Shown piece by piece: positions 45,431 to 55,227 of a stretch of 64,000 nt of DNA. The notes under the pieces were generated by a model. That model had not been told where the DNA came from. It saw nothing but the letters and a program-made list of their open reading frames with translations, and made no database searches. Positions within the stretch are counted from its first letter, which is position 1; every line of letters starts with the position of its first letter. The stretch comes from an uncultured Methanosarcinales archaeon (GTDB lineage: Archaea > Nanobdellota > Nanobdellia > Woesearchaeales > JACPBV01), in contig CAZTWQ010000001.1 in the NCBI GenBank assembly GCA_964618315.1, forward strand, positions 6,877 through 70,876, given 5' to 3'. The translations under genes and the position numbers were made by a program.

Positions 45431-47713
45431 CTATATCTCTTTCTTTTTTATGCTTCTTTTTAACCATTCATTCCATTCAAAAAATATTCTTTTTGAATCT
45501 AATGAACCAACTTCTTCTTTTACGTTATCTGATATCCTATGAAATTCATCATTTGATTGTATTACAAACTTTGCTTCTAATAATGAAAGATCTTTCTGTT
45601 TAACAGCAAAATTTACCATCGCTTCTTTGGTTTTAGCTCTGAGCATTATATTATCCCATACTGCATCCCAATTGCCTGCCCAGTCTTTTACAGAACCGGC
45701 TATAGATTTTAGAAGTTCAGAATCCCCATTTATCAAATCGTTTGAGGGTTGCAGTTCGTCTGTTTTACTGTCATATTTCATCAGATCAGAAAATCCATTT
45801 TCTAGTGATGGGTCTTGCTCCCATTGTTTTCTTACTTCTGTTATCTGTGTTATTCTCCTCCATTTATGCAGACCATCTGCTGAACGTATAGGATTTGCTA
45901 CTACAATCAAGTCTGTTGCTTTAAAGCTTGTTCTAGGAACTTCCAAATCATTAACTACCCTATCAAAAACACCATATGGTGAATCTCCGTGAATAGTCCC
46001 TGCCACAACATTTGCCAATGCACCAACACGCATTGCTTCATAAAGTGATTTGGCCTCTGTCGAACGTACTTCACCCACAATTAAACATGAATCTCCCAGT
46101 CTTAGTGTTGTTCTTATCCCTTCTTCTGCTGAAACTTCTGCAGTTCCTTTTGACATTGCTGATGCTACTTTCATCTGTTGAATGTTATAACCAAGTTTTC
46201 TTAATGCAGTGGAAGGTAATTCTAATGTATCTTCTATAGTGATCAGCCGATATTTTCTCATTATTTCTATCAACATAGCTCCAAGTAAAGATGTTTTACC
46301 TGCAGACCTTGTTCCTGCTACTAACATTGTCCTAGACCCATCTATAATAAAGCTTAATATTCCTGCAGCTAATGGATTCAACATTTTGTTGTGGACAAAC
46401 AAAGGCAATGTCCAAGGATCATCCCTATGCCTTCTAAATGCATAAGCTAACCCAGTCGGATCTAAAGGGGCAGTAATGGCGGCTACTCTAGCACGTGCAC
46501 CAGGTATTTCTAATTCTGTATCTAAAATAGGATTTGCTTCATCTAAGGGTCTACCTGAAATCATCCTAAGTTTAGATGCCCAAGAATCTGCTTCTGTTAC
46601 TACGGGCATCACGTTTGTTTTACAATCCCCAAAATCAGCATGAACAAGGAACATAGGTATCTCACCCATAGGGGAGTTTATAGTTATGTCCTGTACTTTT
46701 GGGTCTTTTAGCAATACCTCTATCAGCCCAAATCCAACTGTGTACCTTACTAAAATATTTGTTAATTCATCAACATCTTTTGGCTTTAGCCTTATTTTCT
46801 TAAATTCTGCTAATTCTTCTATTAAATCACGACCAATATTATAAAAGACATTTCGCATCCTTTCTGGGTCAACAAATTCGCTTTTCTTTGGCTTATGCTC
46901 TGTCATAATTTTCCTTGCAGAATCAAGTATTTCGTATTTGTCTTCGCTTAATCTAAATTCGGGAGGATTTATATGGTAAAGGTATTGTATTGTATCTGGT
47001 AATTTAAATATTGTAACTTCTGTGTTGTCAACTATATAAGAATCCAGCTCTTCTCCTTCTTCTGGGAATTTTGACATTAGTTTTGTGAAAAGGAAATCTG
47101 GTTTGATCAATGGTTTAAACACAGTCCTATAAATATCCCTAGAGCCTACTTTGTATCCTGCTAAGTGGGGTTTTACTGTTGATATAAGTTGTGTTGATTC
47201 CAGAAGTTGGATAAGGTGAGTCAGTATTCCAAGGTATTTTGGCTGGCATCTTCTGCATCTAGGATCTTTTCCTTTTTGATATTTTATATTTTCATCCCTT
47301 AATAATCTCCTTAAATCGACGTAAGCGCCTATTGGATCTGATCTTAAAAGATTAGATGCTATATTTCTAACATCTGAGTACCACTTGGCAACGCATTTTG
47401 TACAAGTTGGGTCATATACAAATGCGTTATAACTAAGAACCTCTTTTTGTTTTACTAATTTTTTGTATAGGTCTGCTATCCCCTTTAGGAAGGTTGTTTG
47501 AGAGTAATCATATTCTATATTTCTTTTTTGAAAGTAAACAATCTTAGTTACTGTACCTGCTTCATTAAGAATGTCACAAGTTTTGGACATGGTTACAGGA
47601 TCATCTTCTAAAGAAGGGACTTTTGTATAAGATTCACAATTAATCTGAAGAATGACGTCATCTCCTTCACGGAGTATATCATATGAAAATGGCTTTTTGT
47701 CAAATAATGGCAT
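45431..47713 (-). CDS. type IV secretion/pilus assembly ATPase (FlaI/VirB11/PilB-like) with a long N-terminal extension
   Basis: Walker A GTRSAGKTS and a Walker B/Asp-box in the C-terminal half; 760 aa, against roughly 550 aa typical for FlaI. Confidence 0.8.
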   Translation of the reverse strand: MPLFDKKPFSYDILREGDDVILQINCESYTKVPSLEDDPVTMSKTCDILNEAGTVTKIVYFQKRNIEYDYSQTTFLKGIADLYKKLVKQKEVLSYNAFVYDPTCTKCVAKWYSDVRNIASNLLRSDPIGAYVDLRRLLRDENIKYQKGKDPRCRRCQPKYLGILTHLIQLLESTQLISTVKPHLAGYKVGSRDIYRTVFKPLIKPDFLFTKLMSKFPEEGEELDSYIVDNTEVTIFKLPDTIQYLYHINPPEFRLSEDKYEILDSARKIMTEHKPKKSEFVDPERMRNVFYNIGRDLIEELAEFKKIRLKPKDVDELTNILVRYTVGFGLIEVLLKDPKVQDITINSPMGEIPMFLVHADFGDCKTNVMPVVTEADSWASKLRMISGRPLDEANPILDTELEIPGARARVAAITAPLDPTGLAYAFRRHRDDPWTLPLFVHNKMLNPLAAGILSFIIDGSRTMLVAGTRSAGKTSLLGAMLIEIMRKYRLITIEDTLELPSTALRKLGYNIQQMKVASAMSKGTAEVSAEEGIRTTLRLGDSCLIVGEVRSTEAKSLYEAMRVGALANVVAGTIHGDSPYGVFDRVVNDLEVPRTSFKATDLIVVANPIRSADGLHKWRRITQITEVRKQWEQDPSLENGFSDLMKYDSKTDELQPSNDLINGDSELLKSIAGSVKDWAGNWDAVWDNIMLRAKTKEAMVNFAVKQKDLSLLEAKFVIQSNDEFHRISDNVKEEVGSLDSKRIFFEWNEWLKRSIKKKEI

Positions 47714-47784
47714 AATCTATCACTTCCCTTTTTGATTATATTATATTTAAGGAAAAACCAACAACTATGCTGATGGTTTTTTCT

Positions 47785-47928
47785 CTACTTGCTCTTTTTT
47801 TTTAAATTTTCCAATGCGACTTCTATAAGATGGGACTTGTTTCTGAATCTAGTCTTGTCTTTAAGTTTGATATTTATCCACTTAACTAAATCTTCATCAA
47901 TTGTAGCTGAAATTGGCTTTTTTGACAT
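47785..47928 (-). CDS. ribbon-helix-helix (CopG/Arc-like) DNA-binding protein, 47 aa
   Basis: Hand-translated MSKKPISATIDEDLVKWINIKLKDKTRFRNKSHLIEVALENLKKKSK; lies immediately upstream of the pilus ATPase gene on the same strand. Confidence 0.5.
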   Translation of the reverse strand: MSKKPISATIDEDLVKWINIKLKDKTRFRNKSHLIEVALENLKKKSK

Positions 47929-48050
47929 AATCAAAGGTATATTATAATATATAGTTTATAATACTTCCTATTATTCTATATTATAAAATATATTTTATAA
48001 TATAGTTAGAAATAATTAAATCTGAATTTAGGGGTTATTTATTATTAAAC

Positions 48051-48617
48051 TTAGAAGAAAGCCTGAAAAATACTTGAAATGAAATGAAATCCATCAAATC
48101 CTGGCAAAGGAAGCATATTAAATATACATAAGAACATATTTATCTTCCCCATTGGAACTATTATCTTATAGTATTTTCTATTTACTAGACTGTATTTGAC
48201 TACTGCTATAGCTGCTAACCAAAGAATAAGATTTGTTAATGGTCCTGCTACCGATACTAAAGCGGATTGCAATGCTGGAAGTGGGGTGTGAGAGACGTAA
48301 CCCCCTACAAAGAATAATAATGGAAATCTCATCATCTTTAGTAAGATTACGATAGCATACATACCATAAGGTGCATGTAATGTTGCTGTTGCTCCGAATG
48401 ATAATGCAACAAATTTATGGGCTAACTCGTGAAAAACAACTGCGGGTGCTGTAATCATCGCTGCAAATTTAATATTCTCAATCAAAGGTGATTTTCTATA
48501 GAATTTTAATGGGTCATAGCCTTCTAAAGGTTCTCTTTTAAAATAATCAGAGAAAATATAACCTATTGCAAAGGTCATAATAAAAATATCTATTATTTCT
48601 GCTAATGAGATTATCAT
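48051..48617 (-). CDS. site-2-protease-like M50 family membrane metalloprotease
   Basis: HELAH zinc motif and a FNMLPLPGFDG motif in a 188-aa polytopic protein. Confidence 0.65.
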   Translation of the reverse strand: MIISLAEIIDIFIMTFAIGYIFSDYFKREPLEGYDPLKFYRKSPLIENIKFAAMITAPAVVFHELAHKFVALSFGATATLHAPYGMYAIVILLKMMRFPLLFFVGGYVSHTPLPALQSALVSVAGPLTNLILWLAAIAVVKYSLVNRKYYKIIVPMGKINMFLCIFNMLPLPGFDGFHFISSIFQAFF

Positions 48618-48650
48618 TCTTAGGCATTATTAGATTTATTTATTTGTCAT

Positions 48651-49466
48651 TTACTCAGGCAACAAATGTTCTGGAATGTTTACATCAGAATCTTGTACCC
48701 TATTTAATGATGTTTCTGTGAAGAAATATGATTTTTCTTCTTGTTCTATGCTATAGATAAAACCAAAATTAGAGTCTATAACTACCTGGCCTATATTAGT
48801 ATTAAGCTTAAAGCTTTGCTTACCAAAATAAGATCCTTCATCTATCTTCTCTGCCCCTTCTATCTCCTTAATCCAATCTAAGGGGGTTTTTATATAAGCA
48901 GTGTCATAATCCAAGTCTTCTATCTTTCCAGTAAATTTCCCACAACTAGAATAGACTATGCAGTATTTTTCTGCTGTTGCCTTCTCAGTATCTATATAGA
49001 TAACATATTCATCTGATATATAATCTAATTTTATTTTATTATCTTTAACATAAATCTCATATTGCTTGCCAGATGGTGATTTGTATCTATATGAATAGCT
49101 ATTTATCTTTCTTTCTGCTACATCATTAAGCTGCTCTATCAATGATTCTTCTATTGAGGCGTCTTCACTAAGTTCTTCTGCTGTATCCCCTGATGTTTCT
49201 TCAGTTATATCTTCAACCAATATCTCTGGTTGTTCTTCTTCAGGTTCTACTATTGGCTCTTCTGCCAGTTCATTGCATTCTCCGTTTTCACATCCGTTTT
49301 CACAATCAGTTATTTGTTTAAATGTACAATCAGTGGTTCTATATGCTAAAGTATTTTCAGTTGGACAAATCCATTTTTCAGTACAAGATTTTGTAATTTC
49401 TGACTCTGATTTGCAGCCAATAAATAACATAATAATTGCTAAGATTATTAGATATTTGTATTTCAT
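48651..49466 (-). CDS. lipoprotein (bacterial-type lipobox LFIGC), function unknown
   Basis: Signal peptide MKYKYLIILAIIMLFIGC with a lipobox Cys; the C-terminal domain is paralogous to 49542..50285. Confidence 0.55.
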   Translation of the reverse strand: MKYKYLIILAIIMLFIGCKSESEITKSCTEKWICPTENTLAYRTTDCTFKQITDCENGCENGECNELAEEPIVEPEEEQPEILVEDITEETSGDTAEELSEDASIEESLIEQLNDVAERKINSYSYRYKSPSGKQYEIYVKDNKIKLDYISDEYVIYIDTEKATAEKYCIVYSSCGKFTGKIEDLDYDTAYIKTPLDWIKEIEGAEKIDEGSYFGKQSFKLNTNIGQVVIDSNFGFIYSIEQEEKSYFFTETSLNRVQDSDVNIPEHLLPE

Positions 49467-49541
49467 TGTATCACCATTTAAGACTTAAGGAGAATTCTAT
49501 TTAAAGTTTTTGGATTGAGGATTAAAAAATAATATAAAAAA

Positions 49542-50285
49542 TTAAATAATTGAGTTAAGGGGTATTACAGCTTCTTCTTTTACTGAATTAAAAGATACGT
49601 CTGTGAATTCGCATGTTTTTTCACTGCCCTCCACTTTATATATGAATCCATAGTAAGATTCTAATATTACTTTTCCAACATTTGTCTGTAAATATAAAGA
49701 GTCTCTGGATTCTACTACCCTTTCACCTATTTTTTCGGCTTCTGTTATTTGATTGGCCCAATCTATTGGTGTGTTAATATGTTCCTCAGTATAATCAAGA
49801 TCTTTTATCTTTCCGAATGTGCCGCTACATCTCGAACGTGGCTCACAGTAACCTTGTGCAGTCTTTTTATCTGTATCCAGATAAATAGTGTTATAAAATT
49901 TACCATCACCAACATTTATTATCGCTGGAAGGATTATCTTTGTATTATTCCCTTTAACATGGGTCTTATAGAGAAGATCACTACCATATTCCCTGTAATT
50001 ATAAGAATAACTTTCTAATTTTGTCTCTGATTTAGCTAAAATTTCATTTATTTCATCAGGTATATCTTCTGATGATTGTTTAGGCTTGGGTTTTGGGGAT
50101 TGTATCTCTGCAGATGGTTCAGGGGTTGAATCTGGTGATTGCACTCCATCAGAGGGTTCAGGTGTTGGCTCTTGAATTGTTGTTGGTTTATCTATTCTTG
50201 TTATTGTTACTTCCTGTTTTGCACAACCTATCAATAAGATCAGAACTAATAATATGGAATATGTGTATTTTGTCATAAAGACCAC
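49542..50285 (-). CDS. lipoprotein (lipobox LLIGC), paralog of 48651..49466
   Basis: Signal peptide ...LVLILLIGCAKQ; shares a C-terminal motif series with its neighbour (YxIYxDTxKxTAxxYC...GKIxDLDY...TPxDW). Confidence 0.55.
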   Translation of the reverse strand: MVFMTKYTYSILLVLILLIGCAKQEVTITRIDKPTTIQEPTPEPSDGVQSPDSTPEPSAEIQSPKPKPKQSSEDIPDEINEILAKSETKLESYSYNYREYGSDLLYKTHVKGNNTKIILPAIINVGDGKFYNTIYLDTDKKTAQGYCEPRSRCSGTFGKIKDLDYTEEHINTPIDWANQITEAEKIGERVVESRDSLYLQTNVGKVILESYYGFIYKVEGSEKTCEFTDVSFNSVKEEAVIPLNSII

Positions 50286-50403
50286 CTCGTGTTTAATATG
50301 TTAATGAAGTTATTAAAATAAAAGTATTAAAACCTTTGGGTTTTTAGAAAGCTCTGCTTTCTAAACCGTTAGGAATTTTTTAAATTCCTAAAGTTTAATC
50401 CGT

Positions 50404-50811
50404 TTGAAAATATGTTATTTCCAAAAGTATATAAACATTACAAAATACCTATTAATCATGACAGATTTAATCGCTTGTTTATCTTCAGGAAAAGGAACAT
50501 GGGGGCATGTTGCTAAGGTAATTGAGGGGAAGGAATGGAACAAGGTTTATTTGATTACTAATGAAGCTGGGAAGGATGCTTTTAAGAAAGATAATGTTGA
50601 ATCAATAGTTATTGATAATAAAAAGACTATTTCTGAGCTTGCTTTAGACATTAAGGGTGCGCTTAATGGTAAGATTAATGATCTAGAGGTTGCCTTGAAT
50701 ATTGTTTCTGGAGAAGGAAAAGAGCATATGGCAGTTGTTTCTGCTTTGCTTCAGTTAGGGTTGGGTATAAGATTAGTGGCTTTGACTCCTGAAGGAGTTA
50801 AGACGATTTAA
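50404..50811 (+). CDS. hypothetical Rossmann-like small protein
   Basis: The start is likely at MTDLIACLSSGKGTWGHV (about 50458); no firm family assignment. Confidence 0.35.
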   Translation: MKICYFQKYINITKYLLIMTDLIACLSSGKGTWGHVAKVIEGKEWNKVYLITNEAGKDAFKKDNVESIVIDNKKTISELALDIKGALNGKINDLEVALNIVSGEGKEHMAVVSALLQLGLGIRLVALTPEGVKTI

Positions 50812-51401
50812 TTTTTAGAGATGTAAACCCTATAACCTGATTTTTTGGCTATTGCTTCTACGTTACCAAAGACTTCTTTCATCTTTGCTTCTAAGGATTT
50901 TCCACCTTTTTTATGTCTAGCTACTATCTGCAGTAAGCCACCTTTTTTTAGATGGTCTTTTGCTTTTTCTATCATTTCAAAACATATTTCTTTTCCTGCT
51001 AATTGAGGGGGGTTTGCTATTATGGTGTTGAACTTTTCTTTTATGTTACTATAGATATTAGATTTCCTTATTTTTGCATTGTATATGTTATTTAGATGGA
51101 CGTTTCTTCTGATTAGTTTTATTGCCCTTTCATTTATGTCAGTCATTAGAACTTTAGTTTCTGGGAATGCTTTTGCAATTGCTATTCCAACTGGACCATA
51201 ACCACAACCTAAATCTAAGATTTCCCAATTAGATTCTATAATGCAATTATTTATCAATACTAAAGTGCCTTTGTCTATCTTGCCTATGGCAAAAACACCA
51301 GAACCAGTTTGAAATTTTAGGTTATTTCCCCTTAAATGTACTTCAATTTCTGTTATTCTTAATTCAGATGTCTGTTTTTCAGAATAATAATGCTCAGTCA
51401 T
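50808..51401 (-). CDS. class I SAM-dependent methyltransferase (RsmC/small MTase domain-like)
   Basis: SAM-binding ILDLGCGYGPVG, an acidic TDIN motif and the IANPP motif typical of N-methylases. Confidence 0.75.
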   Translation of the reverse strand: MTEHYYSEKQTSELRITEIEVHLRGNNLKFQTGSGVFAIGKIDKGTLVLINNCIIESNWEILDLGCGYGPVGIAIAKAFPETKVLMTDINERAIKLIRRNVHLNNIYNAKIRKSNIYSNIKEKFNTIIANPPQLAGKEICFEMIEKAKDHLKKGGLLQIVARHKKGGKSLEAKMKEVFGNVEAIAKKSGYRVYISKN

Positions 51402-51406
51402 TTAGG

Positions 51407-52141
51407 TTATACCATTATCCCATATAAATTTAATAATAACCTGTCAATTGCTCTGACCACTTCTGGGCCTATGCCCTGAACTATTATACAGTTATCGTCA
51501 AAGATAACTTTTGTCTCGGGTTCTTGTTTTATGTACAAAACAGGCTTGTCTGTATTGTCACAAGTTATGATTGGTCGGGTTTCACATGCTGATGTTTCAT
51601 TTTTATCGCATGCTGCAATAGGTAGTTTGTTGAATGCTTTTACTATGCTTTGATCAAACTCACCAACAGCTAATGCTACATATTGCAACTCAGTGCCTAA
51701 TGGATCAAAAGTTACGTATATCCCTTTTATAGAATTAAATGTAGTGGTATTAAGCTGACCTTCAATAGGTATGTCTTCAATATCGTTAGGGCTATAATGC
51801 AATGGAATATTAAATAAGTTGGTTCCTGCAACATTCTGCACCTGAGTGTACCATAAACCATTTGCAAAAACAAAGCTATAGCCATTGTAAAGATAGCCTT
51901 GATTGGAGTTTAATTCTTCTTTTAGATTTAATAAATGTAATTCGTCTATTGTTTGAGGTTGTTCTTTTTGAAAAAATCTGAAGCTGATTATAAATGCAAG
52001 AAGTATTATTATCGCTATTGCTGCACCAATCAAAATCCAATCAGAGGTTTTTTTCTCAGATTCAACCTCTTCGTGCATATCTTCTATTTCTCCTTTTAAG
52101 TCATCTACTTTTGTTTCTTTTATCTCTTCCAAATAAATCAC
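51407..52141 (-). CDS. hypothetical N-terminally membrane-anchored protein
   Basis: Acidic N-terminus, one TM segment, then an extracytoplasmic domain paralogous to 52138..52713. Confidence 0.45.
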   Translation of the reverse strand: MIYLEEIKETKVDDLKGEIEDMHEEVESEKKTSDWILIGAAIAIIILLAFIISFRFFQKEQPQTIDELHLLNLKEELNSNQGYLYNGYSFVFANGLWYTQVQNVAGTNLFNIPLHYSPNDIEDIPIEGQLNTTTFNSIKGIYVTFDPLGTELQYVALAVGEFDQSIVKAFNKLPIAACDKNETSACETRPIITCDNTDKPVLYIKQEPETKVIFDDNCIIVQGIGPEVVRAIDRLLLNLYGIMV

Positions 52142-52713
52142 CCAATGATACCTAAGATAGAATATACTAATCTATCTTTGATCCTAAGAATATCATAACT
52201 ATTTCTTGCTTCTGCTATTATACAATTGTTTTCTAATTTAACCTGAGTTTGATTTGATCTTTTAAAAAATATGATTGGTACGGATTGTGTTGCGTCTTCG
52301 CAAGTTATTATAGGTGCATTAAATGTGCTGTTTGTGGTAAAGCCGCCCCTTAAATAAATATTAGAGCTAGCTAATGCCTGATTCATATTATATTGCGCTA
52401 ATGCTATCTCTTCTAGGAATGTATCATTTACAATGGATGTTGTATCTATCTCTGCCTTGTTAGATAATAAGTTTAAGATATCCTGACTAACTTCGATGCC
52501 CTCTACTTCTGAAGGAAAATAATCAAATATAATCCTATTGCTATTTATTACAGCTGACCACCCAGATTGAGTTCTTATGAATTTTACATCATTATATCTA
52601 AATTGGTCTGTTTCCCCACTGTATAGAAAACCAGCAATAGAGCTAATCATGATGAATGCTATAAAGAATACTAGAACAGCACCCCATTTGGATTTTTTTT
52701 CTTTTCTTGGCAT
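52138..52713 (-). CDS. hypothetical N-terminally membrane-anchored protein (paralog)
   Basis: Shares a C-terminal motif with its neighbour (PIITC(D/E)...NCII...LGI); overlaps the upstream gene by 4 nt. Confidence 0.45.
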   Translation of the reverse strand: MPRKEKKSKWGAVLVFFIAFIMISSIAGFLYSGETDQFRYNDVKFIRTQSGWSAVINSNRIIFDYFPSEVEGIEVSQDILNLLSNKAEIDTTSIVNDTFLEEIALAQYNMNQALASSNIYLRGGFTTNSTFNAPIITCEDATQSVPIIFFKRSNQTQVKLENNCIIAEARNSYDILRIKDRLVYSILGIIG

Positions 52714-52948
52714 ACTTATAATCAGTTTTTTTAGTTCATATTTAAAACTTTTTAAAATCTAAAAGATTTTAAAACGGTTTGAAAAATAAGGATTTTCAAA
52801 ACTTTTTAAATTTTAAAACGATTTGAAAAGTATATCTTTTCATTTCTTTAGATTTATATTGGACATGTGGTATATATATTTTTATGTATATTATTATATA
52901 TATTAATATAGAAACATTTAAATAGTACTTATATGTAGAAATAAATAT

Positions 52949-53101
52949 ATGTCTAATAAATCTATTCTCCAATTTCCAAATAACAAGCAGTTTATGGTTA
53001 CTTTACCAAAAGGTCTTGTGCTTGCTAAAGGATGGAAACATGGCGACAAATTAGAATTTGTGATAGATAATAAAGGGGATATTGTTATTAAAAAAGGATG
53101 A
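52949..53101 (+). CDS. AbrB/MazE-like (SpoVT-AbrB fold) small DNA-binding protein, 50 aa
   Basis: Hand-translated MSNKSILQFPNNKQFMVTLPKGLVLAKGWKHGDKLEFVIDNKGDIVIKKG; replaces the spurious minus-strand ORF 52918..53139. Confidence 0.5.
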   Translation: MSNKSILQFPNNKQFMVTLPKGLVLAKGWKHGDKLEFVIDNKGDIVIKKG

Positions 53102-53106
53102 TAAAA

Positions 53107-53798
53107 TGAAAGACATAGTAATAAGATTAGATAATGCATGGAAGATCTATAAGATGGGTGATATAGAAGTACCTGCTTTAAGAGGGATAAACTTAGAAGT
53201 AAGAAGGGGTGAGTTTCTTGCTATAATGGGGCCTTCTGGAAGTGGTAAGTCAACTGCTATGAATATGGTGGGTTGTTTGGATGTTCCTTCAAGGGGTAGG
53301 GTATTTTTAGAGGGTCAGGATATTGCAAAACTATCTGAGTCTGATCTTGCTCAAATAAGGGGCAAAAAGATAGGATTTATCTTTCAGCAGTTTAACTTGA
53401 TTCCAACATTAAGTGCTGTTGAAAATGTTGCTTTGCCTATGATGTTTCAGAATACTTCCAGAGAAGAAAGATTGAATAAAGCAAGAAAGCTTTTGGAGAT
53501 GGTTGATTTGGGTGAAAGAGTAGACCATAAGCCCAATGAATTAAGTGGGGGGCAGCAACAGAGAGTTGCAATAGCAAGATCTTTAGTAAACGATCCTGAG
53601 ATGCTTTTAGCAGATGAACCTACTGGAAATTTAGATTCTAAATCAGGTCATAATGTTATTGATTTTTTGAAGGATTTGCATAAAAGAGAGAAGAAAACAA
53701 TTGTAATGGTAACGCATGATGAAGACATAGCAAAACATGCACAAAGAGTAGAGTATCTGGGTGATGGTCAAATAGTAAAAAGAAAAAAACATTTTTGA
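53107..53798 (+). CDS. ABC transporter ATP-binding protein (MacB/LolD-like)
   Basis: Walker A GPSGSGKST, signature LSGGQQQRVAIARSL and Walker B LLADEPTGNLD. The start is set at MKDIVIRL (53107) rather than at the ORF-track start. Confidence 0.85.
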
Positions 53799-55186
53799 GA
53801 ATATTAAATGATGTGATTATAAATCAAAACCCTTGGGCAGGGTATGTGAATAAATCAAAGAAATTTGAGGTGAATGAAATGAATAATAGAAAAATGATGT
53901 TTAGTGTTTTGTTGTTGAGCTTGATATTAGGAAGTTTAAGTGTTTTTGGTGCAACAAGCACATTAGTAGGAAGAACACAGTTATACTTTCATGATGTGAG
54001 TGTGACTATGGTGAATTATGATCCTGATCCTGCAGAAGCAGGAAGGTATGTTACTATAAGGTTTAAGGTAGAGAATAGCGGAGGGGAGACTGCTGAGGAT
54101 ATTACCTTAGAGTTACTGTCCCAATATCCATTTTCATTAGATAAAGGCGAGAATGCTGTAAAGGATATAGGTTCTGTCAGAAGCAGACAGATGGGTGATA
54201 CAGGAGTAATAGTAGACTATAAGCTAAAGATAGATGAGAATGCACTTGAGGGAAATAATGAAATCGAGATAAGATACAAAATCAGTAATGGTGGTTGGAT
54301 AACACCTGAGCCTTTTGAGATTAATATAAATCCACATGATATACTTTTGAGTGTAGCTAGTGTTGATGCTCCTGAAATGATCAAACCTGGAGATGTAAGC
54401 AAGATTGATGTTAACCTGGATAACCTAGCATTGACATTTATCAAAGAAGTGAAGGTAAAGTTAAACCTAGATGATGTACCATTTGCACCCATTGGATCTA
54501 CTGATAAAAAAATCATAAAACAGATGGAAGCAGACTCTAAAGCTACTGCCAGTTTTAATCTTATGGCTGAACCTGATGCAGAATCTAACCTGTATAAAGT
54601 TCCAATTGAGATTGAGTTCTTTGATAGATTAGGAACATTACATACTAAAGAAGAAGTAGTTGGATTAATAATTGGAGCAAAGCCTGATTTGAGTATTGTA
54701 ATGGATGACTCTGAATTGTATGTAGGGGGGGGAATTGGTGATGTTGCAATAAAATTTGTGAACAAAGGAGTGACGGACATAAAATTCCTAAATGTTTTGT
54801 TGAAAGAAAGCAGGGATTACAATATATTATCTCAAAAAGAAGTGTATGTAGGTAATATAGATTCTGATGATTACGAGTCAGCTGAGTTTAAGCTAGCTAT
54901 GGGTAAGATAAAAGGCAGTGAAGTAATGCTTCCCTTGCTTATTGAGTATAAGGATTCTAATAACAATGAATACAAGAAAGATATTAAGATGCCATTAAAA
55001 CTCTATTCCACATCAGAAGCCAAAGCACTGGGTTTAAAAGAAGGGAGTAAAGGTGTTGGTATGTTTATAATGTTGATCATTGTAATAGGCGGGTTCTTTA
55101 TCTACAAAAGGCGGAAAAAGAAAAAAGATGGTAAGAAAGAAGAAGGTGTTACTGGTTTTCAAATGCCTTTTTTTAAGAAGAAATAA
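53795..55186 (+). CDS. large extracytoplasmic protein with a C-terminal TM anchor, associated with the MacB-type ABC operon
   Basis: Signal or TM segment near MNNRKMMFSVLLLSLILGS (the likely real start is about 53878), a beta-rich body, and a C-terminal hydrophobic anchor followed by KRRKKKK. Confidence 0.5.
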   Translation: MRILNDVIINQNPWAGYVNKSKKFEVNEMNNRKMMFSVLLLSLILGSLSVFGATSTLVGRTQLYFHDVSVTMVNYDPDPAEAGRYVTIRFKVENSGGETAEDITLELLSQYPFSLDKGENAVKDIGSVRSRQMGDTGVIVDYKLKIDENALEGNNEIEIRYKISNGGWITPEPFEININPHDILLSVASVDAPEMIKPGDVSKIDVNLDNLALTFIKEVKVKLNLDDVPFAPIGSTDKKIIKQMEADSKATASFNLMAEPDAESNLYKVPIEIEFFDRLGTLHTKEEVVGLIIGAKPDLSIVMDDSELYVGGGIGDVAIKFVNKGVTDIKFLNVLLKESRDYNILSQKEVYVGNIDSDDYESAEFKLAMGKIKGSEVMLPLLIEYKDSNNNEYKKDIKMPLKLYSTSEAKALGLKEGSKGVGMFIMLIIVIGGFFIYKRRKKKKDGKKEEGVTGFQMPFFKKK

Positions 55187-55227
55187 GTGTTGAGGTCAAT
55201 ACTTAGTAAATGAGGTGTTTTAATTAA

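Noticed and set aside
52918-53139. Minus-strand ORF 52918..53139.
   Set aside because: It is replaced by a plus-strand AbrB-like ORF (52949..53101) with a coherent fold-like sequence and operon context. The ABC ATPase start was also moved to 53107.
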